Assembly (NCBI GenBank): GCA_041661505.1
Contig: JBAZUF010000001.1
Span: 47,144-111,143 of the forward strand
Direction: 5' to 3'
Length of the DNA stretch: 64,000 nt
Source of the DNA: Patescibacteria group bacterium
GTDB taxonomy: Bacteria; Patescibacteriota; Patescibacteriia; Patescibacteriales; JBAZCA01
Positions within the stretch are counted from its first letter, which is position 1. The number at the start of each line of letters is the position of its first letter. A program made the translations under genes and the position numbers. Shown in pieces: positions 57,294 to 64,000 of the stretch. The notes beneath the pieces were generated by a model. It made no database searches, was not told the DNA's origin, and saw only the letters and a program-made list of their open reading frames with translations.

Positions 57294-59282
57294 CTACTTC
57301 TTTTCTTTAAACTCGCCTTCGACCGGCCCTTCGCCTTTTTTATCCTGTCCGTCTTTATTTTCAGCGCCGCCTTGTCCGCTAGCGTCAGGTCCGCTCTGGG
57401 CGCTTTCCGAGCCAGCTCCAGTTCCACCAAAACCCGGAGCACCCTGCGCACCACCCTGGGCGCCTCCTGTCTGTCCGCCTTGCGCGGATTGGTACATAGC
57501 CGCTCCAATCTTTTGCGCTATTTGGCTTAATTCTTCCATCTTTTTCTTAATATCCTCCATATTATCAGTATCCTTAACTTTCTTCAATTCCGCTGCCTTG
57601 TCTTCCAATTCCTTTTTATCTTCCGGCTTCATTTTTTCGCCGGATTCGCGCAAGAGTTTTTCCGTGGTAAAGACGAGCGAGTCCGCCTGATTTTTCATAT
57701 CAACAATTTCCCTTTTCTTTTTGTCCTCATCGGCGTGGAGTTCGGCTTCTTTGGTCATTTTTTCGATTTCATCTTTAGAAAGGCCCGAAGAAGAAGTAAT
57801 GGTAATTTTTTGTTCTTTACCGGTGGCTTTGTCTTTGGCTGAAACGTTTAAGATGCCGTTGGCGTCGAGGTCAAAAGATACTTCCACTTGCGGAACGCCG
57901 CGCGGCGCCGGAGGAATTCCGTCCAGCATAAACCGTCCGAGCGACTTATTATCCCCTGCCATTGGCCGCTCGCCCTGCAAGACATTAATTTCCACGCTCG
58001 GCTGGCTGTCGGCGGCCGTAGAAAAGACCTGCGACTTTGAAGTCGGAATCGTTGTATTCCGGTTAATTAATGGGGTCATAACGCCGCCCAAAGTTTCAAT
58101 TCCCAGGGTTAGAGGAGTTACATCTAATAACAGCACATCCTTAACGTCGCCCTGCAAAACTCCGGCCTGGACGGCCGCTCCGGCCGCGACTACTTCATCC
58201 GGATTAACGCCTAAGTGCGGCTCTTTGCCGAAAAATTCCTTAACCATTTTTTGCACCAAAGGCATTCTTGTCATTCCGCCGACCATAATCACTTCTTCAA
58301 TATCTTTAGTCTCCACTCCGGCGTCTTTTAGCGCCGCCCGGCAAGGGCCCAAAGTTTTTTCCACCAAATCCCCGACCAGTTCTTCCAGTTTGGACCGGCT
58401 AATTTTTAAAAGCAAATGCTTGGGTCCGGCCGCGTCCGACGTTATAAACGGCTGGTTGATTTCGGTTTCATTAGTCGAAGACAATTCAATCTTAGCTTTT
58501 TCCGCCGATTCTTTAATTCTTTGCAAAGCCAAAGGATCTTTTCCAAGGTCAATGCCCTGGTCTTTTCTGAATTCATCAATAATCCAGGAGGCGATTCTTT
58601 GGTCAAAATCTTCTCCGCCTAAATGGGTATCGCCGTTAGTTGATTTTACTTCAACCGTATCAGCGGAAATATCCAGCACGGAAATATCAAAAGTTCCGCC
58701 GCCCAAATCGTACACCGCGACTTGCTGGCCTTTCTTTTTATCAAAGCCGTAAGCTAAAGCGGCGGCCGTCGGTTCATTAATAATGCGTTTCACATCTAAG
58801 CCGGCAATTTTACCGGCATCTTTAGTCGCCTGCCTTTGCGAGTCGTCAAAATAAGCCGGAACCGTAATTACCGCTTCGGTAATTATTTCCCCGAGTTTCG
58901 CCTCGGCGTCGGCTTTCATCTTAGCTAAAATCATAGCCGAAACTTCCTGCGGCGTATATTCTTTATCGCCCATTACCACCTTAACTCCGCCGTTTCCTTT
59001 GACAATTTTATAAGGCGCGGTTTTTAAGTCGCGCTGGACTTCGTCGTCCTCGAATTTTCGGCCGATCAAGCGCTTAACCGCGTAAATCGTATTTTGCGGA
59101 TTAATAACAGCTTGCCGTTTCGCGGCCTGGCCGACAATCCGTTCGCCGTTTTTGGATACGGCAACGACCGAAGGCGTGGTCCGCGACCCTTCGGCGTTCT
59201 CTAAAATTTTCGGCACGCCGCCCTCAATAATGGCCATCGCCGAATTTGTAGTTCCTAAATCTATTCCTAAAATTTTCGACAT
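57294..59282 (-). CDS. dnaK: Chaperone DnaK
   Basis: [23 protein letters not shown]; Gly-rich tail. Confidence 0.98.
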   Translation of the reverse strand: MSKILGIDLGTTNSAMAIIEGGVPKILENAEGSRTTPSVVAVSKNGERIVGQAAKRQAVINPQNTIYAVKRLIGRKFEDDEVQRDLKTAPYKIVKGNGGVKVVMGDKEYTPQEVSAMILAKMKADAEAKLGEIITEAVITVPAYFDDSQRQATKDAGKIAGLDVKRIINEPTAAALAYGFDKKKGQQVAVYDLGGGTFDISVLDISADTVEVKSTNGDTHLGGEDFDQRIASWIIDEFRKDQGIDLGKDPLALQRIKESAEKAKIELSSTNETEINQPFITSDAAGPKHLLLKISRSKLEELVGDLVEKTLGPCRAALKDAGVETKDIEEVIMVGGMTRMPLVQKMVKEFFGKEPHLGVNPDEVVAAGAAVQAGVLQGDVKDVLLLDVTPLTLGIETLGGVMTPLINRNTTIPTSKSQVFSTAADSQPSVEINVLQGERPMAGDNKSLGRFMLDGIPPAPRGVPQVEVSFDLDANGILNVSAKDKATGKEQKITITSSSGLSKDEIEKMTKEAELHADEDKKKREIVDMKNQADSLVFTTEKLLRESGEKMKPEDKKELEDKAAELKKVKDTDNMEDIKKKMEELSQIAQKIGAAMYQSAQGGQTGGAQGGAQGAPGFGGTGAGSESAQSGPDASGQGGAENKDGQDKKGEGPVEGEFKEKK

Positions 59283-59291
59283 ACAATATAT

Positions 59292-59723
59292 TTAATTTTT
59301 CTTAATATTCACCCTCACCTTATTCGTCTTCGCTTCCGGCGCTTTGGGGATGGAAATTTTTAATACCCCATCCTCGGCCGCGGCCGACGCTTTATCGCCC
59401 TCCACTCTCATAGGAAGAGGAACACTGCGGTAGAAGCTCCCCCGCTGGATTTCCTTGCGGTAATAGTTTTTGTCTTCCACCTCGCTTCTTTTTTCGCTTT
59501 CGCCTTTGATTGTTAAAATGTCATTTTCAATCGAAATATCCACCTTTTCCGGATCCATGCCGGCCAAAGGCGCCTCGACGATTATATTGTCTTTGTCCTC
59601 ATACATGTCGATGGCCGGGATAAATCCCGACTTGGCCATCCGGCTTCTTACCGCCGGAATAAAATCGGAGAACATCCCCTCGATATCTTCGAATGGCTCC
59701 CTCCATCTTATTAATCCGTTCAT
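59292..59723 (-). CDS. Hsp20/alpha-crystallin small heat-shock protein
   Basis: PAIDMYE, GSFYRSVPLP, DGVLKISIPK. Confidence 0.93.
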   Translation of the reverse strand: MNGLIRWREPFEDIEGMFSDFIPAVRSRMAKSGFIPAIDMYEDKDNIIVEAPLAGMDPEKVDISIENDILTIKGESEKRSEVEDKNYYRKEIQRGSFYRSVPLPMRVEGDKASAAAEDGVLKISIPKAPEAKTNKVRVNIKKN

Positions 59724-59797
59724 ATTTTTTTGCCTGATTAGCCAATGGTCCGGCAGACCCGGCCAGAGCGCTAATCCCGGTGCTAATTATTTGTAAA

Positions 59798-60694
59798 CTA
59801 TTTTTTAAACTCAAATACCTTTACTCTGGCCGGAACGATTACTTTTCCTTTCAGCCTATAGCCCGGCTTTAATTCTTCGGCTACTATTCCATCCATCTTT
59901 TTATCATTCGTCGCAGTGTGCCCCATAGCTTCCATAGCATGCGGATCATACGGTTTGCCGGCTGTTTCAATTTCTTTTACGCCTTCTTCTTCCAAAATAT
60001 TTTTAAATTGCCGGAGCACCATCTTCAAGCCTTCTTCAATCTGCCCGCCGTTTCCCGCCCCGTCTTTACCGCTATTTTTTTCATCACTGCCATCCTTAGC
60101 GCCGTTACTATGCATTAACGCCAGTTTCAAATTGTCGTAAACCGGCAAAATCGCCTGGATCAAATTTTCGCTCGCGTACTTAGCGCACTCGGATTTTTCC
60201 TCGGCTGTCCGTTTTAATAAATTCTGGTAATCGGCTAAAGCCCGTTTATATTTATGTTCAAAATCATGCTTTTCCCGCCTTTTGGTAAATTTTTCCACCA
60301 ATAGTTTTGTATAGGGATTCATTTCCAATGTTTTCAAAGCCTCTTCCGGCTTAATCCAGATATTCTCATCCATTTCTTCATTCATCTCCGCTAATTCTCC
60401 TCCGGCCAAATGGGCGAAATAATCTAAAAAGACAAAATGGGCTTTTCGGTGGTATAGCGGAGGATTTATTCCTTCGCCCACGTAAGCGAATTCGATTTTA
60501 TCGATTTCGTAGCCGGTTTCTTCCATTATCTCCCTTTTTAAAGCCTCTTCGGCAGTCTCGCCTAATTCAATGTGTCCGCCCGGAATCTGCCAGGCGTCTC
60601 CCCATTTCTTGCTTTTGGTTAAAAAAACTTCTCCCTGATCATTATATATTAACGCGGCCGCTACCGCTTCCGGACAATTGTATTGTTCCGCCAT
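59798..60694 (-). CDS. grpE: NUDIX hydrolase-GrpE fusion protein
   Basis: N-terminal Nudix box GGHIELGETAEEALKREIMEETG; C-terminal RALADYQNL.KR, ILPVYDNL, YDPHAMEA, GYRL...VI.PARV.V. Confidence 0.9.
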   Translation of the reverse strand: MAEQYNCPEAVAAALIYNDQGEVFLTKSKKWGDAWQIPGGHIELGETAEEALKREIMEETGYEIDKIEFAYVGEGINPPLYHRKAHFVFLDYFAHLAGGELAEMNEEMDENIWIKPEEALKTLEMNPYTKLLVEKFTKRREKHDFEHKYKRALADYQNLLKRTAEEKSECAKYASENLIQAILPVYDNLKLALMHSNGAKDGSDEKNSGKDGAGNGGQIEEGLKMVLRQFKNILEEEGVKEIETAGKPYDPHAMEAMGHTATNDKKMDGIVAEELKPGYRLKGKVIVPARVKVFEFKK

Positions 60695-60729
60695 ATATAG
60701 TTTTTTATTTTAAATCTAAACCTTTATTT

Positions 60730-61437
60730 TTATCGCTTACTGGCCTGCGGGCGCCCTCCCGCCAATTTCTCATTAATTAATTTCATCAGCGACAAACTTT
60801 TTTCATAATCCATCCGCAGAGGCCCGAGCATAGCGATTAACCCCAGGTCGCCGTTGTACTTATACTTGAAAATTATGCTTGAGCAATAATTGCTGAACGG
60901 ATTTTCCGTCCCGATAAGTATCAAGGGCTCGCCCTCGACTTTGTCAAAAATTCTGCCTATTACTTCTTCCAGCTGGTCGATGATAAATGAGATGTTGTAA
61001 ATCAGATTACTTTCGATAAATTCAGGCTGGGTTAAGAGATTGGAAATTCCGGTGTAATATAAGTTACGACGATTTATGGCCCAAATTATGGCATTGCCGG
61101 AGATGCGGGCGAGCTCTTTGGCCGTCTGCTTAAAAGCTTCTTCCGTGCCCTTTTTTAAATGCCCGGTAACAATTTTAACATCTTCCGCGTTTAACTTTTT
61201 TTCTTTTAATTCGCTTATGTAAAATTTATAGGCTTTTTCGGTCGGCACCCGGCCGGCGGAAGTATGCGGCTGGATGATATAGCCCTCATTTTCCAAAGCC
61301 GACATCTCGTTTCTAACCGTGGCCGGCGAAATATCCAGTTTATATTTCTCGACCAAAACGCCGGAACCGACCGGCGCGCCGGTTTTTAGGTACTCTTTTA
61401 TGACAGTATTTAGGATGTATCTTTTTCTGTCCTCCAT
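60730..61437 (-). CDS. hrcA: Heat-inducible transcription repressor HrcA (short form)
   Basis: PVGS, SPATVRNEM, QPHTSAGRVPT, GPLRMDY. Confidence 0.95.
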   Translation of the reverse strand: MEDRKRYILNTVIKEYLKTGAPVGSGVLVEKYKLDISPATVRNEMSALENEGYIIQPHTSAGRVPTEKAYKFYISELKEKKLNAEDVKIVTGHLKKGTEEAFKQTAKELARISGNAIIWAINRRNLYYTGISNLLTQPEFIESNLIYNISFIIDQLEEVIGRIFDKVEGEPLILIGTENPFSNYCSSIIFKYKYNGDLGLIAMLGPLRMDYEKSLSLMKLINEKLAGGRPQASKR

Positions 61438-61518
61438 ATCCGTTTATGGGCGTCCGCGATAGCCCTGAAACCGGCTATTTTAACGCGTTGCCAAAGCTAA
61501 AAATATTATATACCCCCG

Positions 61519-61545
61519 TTAGCACTCTTGTCAAGAGAGTGCTAA
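61519..61545. promoter_or_regulatory. CIRCE operator overlapping the hrcA promoter
   Basis: Perfect TTAGCACTC-N9-GAGTGCTAA; the minus-strand TTGACA lies in the spacer, with TATAAT 18 nt downstream. Confidence 0.95.
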
Positions 61546-61630
61546 TCCTTTGTTTTTAGGCAAGAAAAAAGGGACGGGCTGTGGAAAAACAAGCTCTCGT
61601 CCCTCGGGTTTTCGGGGGGGGTATGTGCCG

Positions 61631-61924
61631 TTAGGCGGCGAGCGGTTCGGCGAAAAAAAGCCCGTGTACAGCCGGGCATGCTGGAACATACGGCGGCGGG
61701 GGCGGCAAAGTCGGAACATACGGCTCGCCGGTGAGTTCAAAGTATTCATAAGCCAGCTCGTGAAGCAGGTCGCAAATTGTCGAGTAGTCTTCAAAGCAGA
61801 CTGCCCCGCACCAGATGCGATGCTCGGCTTCGAGCATACTTATAACTCCAAAAATTACTTCGGCCTTATCGGCCTTTTCCTTTTCGAACTCAACAAACTC
61901 CGCCATGTAATCATAATGTTGCAT
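61631..61924 (-). CDS. Small acidic hypothetical protein with Pro-rich tail
   Basis: AAGGGAG SD; terminator-like hairpin AGGGACG..CGTCCCT at about 61565-61604. Confidence 0.5.
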   Translation of the reverse strand: MQHYDYMAEFVEFEKEKADKAEVIFGVISMLEAEHRIWCGAVCFEDYSTICDLLHELAYEYFELTGEPYVPTLPPPPPYVPACPAVHGLFFAEPLAA

Positions 61925-62047
61925 GCTTCTAATTCTCCCTTCCTTCGATTAAAGAACACCTTTATCGCTCCCAAATATTTCCCGGGAGCACCATTTATCG
62001 TTTCGCCAAAATTCTAGCGTTTACTTTGGTTTTTATTTCTTAAACAA

Positions 62048-62074
62048 ACAAATAAGACCGCGGGGGTCTTATTT
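62048..62074 (-). terminator. Hairpin downstream of the 62156-64000 gene
   Basis: CAAATAAGACC-gcggg-GGTCTTATTTG. Confidence 0.5.
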
Positions 62075-62155
62075 GCTAATACGCAAATTGGTGTTATTTT
62101 ATTGACTGCTATTTAATCATACTTCAATTTATTTGTCAACATCTAATCAAATTTA

Positions 62156-64000
62156 TCATTCAATATTAGCTTTTTTTAAAAAATCTTTCCCCTTATTAGG
62201 AAACTTGCTTTTCTTGGGATATTTATCTTTTTTGATTTTTTTACGGTTTTGCCTAAGGAACAATTCCCCGCGGCCCTCCCATTCTTCCATCTTATTTTTT
62301 TCCACTATAACATCCCGCCATCTCTTTATCGGCTTCCCGCTCCTTATTTCGTCAAGAGCTATCGCCCTGCCGGCGCAATTCAGCCATTCGGTAAGCGGTT
62401 CATGGCCCAATTGATGGATTATATCCTGCCAAGAACTGCCTCTTCTCTCAAGCATATCGACAGCCTTTAGAGCTTTAGTTATATATGACTGGTATTCTTT
62501 TACAAATATCTTTTCAAAAATCTCTTCTATCTTATTACTCTCCAGCCCCAGCTTTGTAAAAACTTTTTTATAGGCTTCCGCGCTTTCCTTTTCCCAATCT
62601 CTATAGTAGTTATACAATCCCCCCTGCTCCTCTTTTTTGGATAAAATAGAAGCAATATTTTTCAAAGATTCTTTTCCCGTTTTAATATAAGCCAGAATTT
62701 CATTTTTAGCGTCTTCCAAAAACTTATTTCTGTTTTTTTTCAGCTGCGATTCAAGAATTTCCTCTTCTTCGGAAATAATTTCTTTCTTGCCAAATCCATC
62801 TCGGGTTCCTGTGCCTTCTAATAACCTGTGAATGGCATGCTGTTCTTCGTGGGCATAAATTTCTTCGCTAATATAGTCAGCCACTCCCGGAGGCAAATGA
62901 TGGGAATTTTCGGCAATGATGCAATTTTTTAATCTTGCAATCCTGCATCGGGAAATAAAAACGCCGCCGCTTCTGTCGGCTTTTTGCCGCATTTCTTTGG
63001 TTACTTCCTTCCTTTGGACCAAGTCCTGGTTATAAATTAATGAGTAGTCGTCAAGTTCAAAGCAACGAAAATACAAAGTTATTGGCCCCTGGCGAACCTT
63101 TATTTCTCCTTTAGGTTCGCGGCCAAAGCATGAATTAAATAATTCATCGTCATCTTGGTAAATCCTTCGGTAAGTCTTTACTGTTTCGTGTTTAATCATG
63201 TAATCCGTAAGGCCTTTCTCAAAGAGCGATATTTGATGGGGAGTAAGCCTGGCCTTCGCCGCTCTGCCGTATAGCATGCTCTCCATTTCCTCGTAAGCCA
63301 GATCGGGATCACTCCATGTTGCTTCCTTTAAATCTTTAAGCAGATTCTTAATTCCTCTTTTTTGCTCATCTTGTTTCTTCTGGTATTCGGCCATTCTCGT
63401 TTTTTGAATAGAGCTCCTTTCCTCGTTCGGCAAGCCGGTTTTAAAATGCCTTATTTTCCTCATTTCCAAGTAAGGATCAAAAGGCTCGTAATCAAGCGTA
63501 CGCCATTGACTAGGGAGCTCCAGCGTATTTAAAATCCGCTCTTTTCTCTTTGCAAGAATCTCCATCTCAATCAACTCTTCCCGATTTTTGCCTTTTGGAT
63601 CAAATTTGTCTAGCTTCTCGACATCTTCTTGCTTGAGTAATACTGCCCCGTCGGAAATAATATCGCTATAAGATTCAACCAGCCTATAGTAAGAGTTTTC
63701 CGGTACGGTATTCATTATCCCCAAAATAATATGAGAAATTATTATTTTTTCTTTGGGCGAAAGTTCCTTTTTCCGGAGATTATCCAATTTCTCAAGAACA
63801 CTGCCCCAGGCTTCCAGGTATAATCTTCCAAGCTCTTTTGAAGTCTCGTCATATTCATCCTCGGCTTCGTCATCATAATTAAATTCTCCGTTAGTACCGC
63901 TTTTTTGCGCCAAAAAAATCAACTCTTTCAGTTCGCTGATCAGAATCTCGTTGCCGGGCCCCTCATTTTTTTCCGGTTCTGTATTGGAAATTAAATTTTC
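62156..64000 (-). CDS. Large hypothetical protein with HEExH motif (5' truncated by window edge)
   Basis: Frame is open to position 64000; IYAHEEQHAIH..KNEILAY. Confidence 0.75.
   Translation of the reverse strand, partial: ENLISNTEPEKNEGPGNEILISELKELIFLAQKSGTNGEFNYDDEAEDEYDETSKELGRLYLEAWGSVLEKLDNLRKKELSPKEKIIISHIILGIMNTVPENSYYRLVESYSDIISDGAVLLKQEDVEKLDKFDPKGKNREELIEMEILAKRKERILNTLELPSQWRTLDYEPFDPYLEMRKIRHFKTGLPNEERSSIQKTRMAEYQKKQDEQKRGIKNLLKDLKEATWSDPDLAYEEMESMLYGRAAKARLTPHQISLFEKGLTDYMIKHETVKTYRRIYQDDDELFNSCFGREPKGEIKVRQGPITLYFRCFELDDYSLIYNQDLVQRKEVTKEMRQKADRSGGVFISRCRIARLKNCIIAENSHHLPPGVADYISEEIYAHEEQHAIHRLLEGTGTRDGFGKKEIISEEEEILESQLKKNRNKFLEDAKNEILAYIKTGKESLKNIASILSKKEEQGGLYNYYRDWEKESAEAYKKVFTKLGLESNKIEEIFEKIFVKEYQSYITKALKAVDMLERRGSSWQDIIHQLGHEPLTEWLNCAGRAIALDEIRSGKPIKRWRDVIVEKNKMEEWEGRGELFLRQNRKKIKKDKYPKKSKFPNKGKDFLKKANIE

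Noticed and set aside
57721-58752. 343-aa plus-strand ORF, and similar antisense ORFs within dnaE, the SDR gene, cca and others
   Set aside because: Antisense shadows of well-conserved genes.
61531-62017. ORFs 61550-62017 (+) and 61531-61794 (-)
   Set aside because: They overlap the CIRCE/terminator region and the SD-led 61631-61924 ORF, which is better supported.

Overview
AT-rich bacterial chromosomal segment. Gene content, largely Shine-Dalgarno-less housekeeping starts and CPR-style ORFans suggest Patescibacteria/Parcubacteria (inference). Housekeeping content: serS, murG/murC/murB, gltX, gap, cca, ftsQ, thrS, dnaE, parAB, the hrcA-grpE-hsp20-dnaK-dnaJ-htrA heat-shock operon with a perfect CIRCE, RNase P RNA and tRNA-Leu(CAA). 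The stand-out feature is at 10.75-15.66 kb: an integron-like array upstream of a 273-aa tyrosine recombinase that lacks the IntI-specific insertion. The array holds six non-canonical attC-like TAAC...GTT hairpin sites with covarying 11-bp arms, three identical 187-bp ORF-less modules, and three gene cassettes, each bracketed by its own cassette-specific inverted repeats. Other notable items: a dif-like 28-mer directly upstream of a second Xer-type recombinase at the point where gene orientation flips; an unusual short T-box-like leader on thrS; an enlarged RNase P RNA; a gap-linked two-subunit [FeFe]-hydrogenase; a radical SAM/SPASM enzyme with a membrane-anchored GFxTNSS peptide; a standalone Cys/His peptide transcript; and a NUDIX-GrpE fusion. 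All calls come from reading the sequence and translations only; no searches or folding programs were run.
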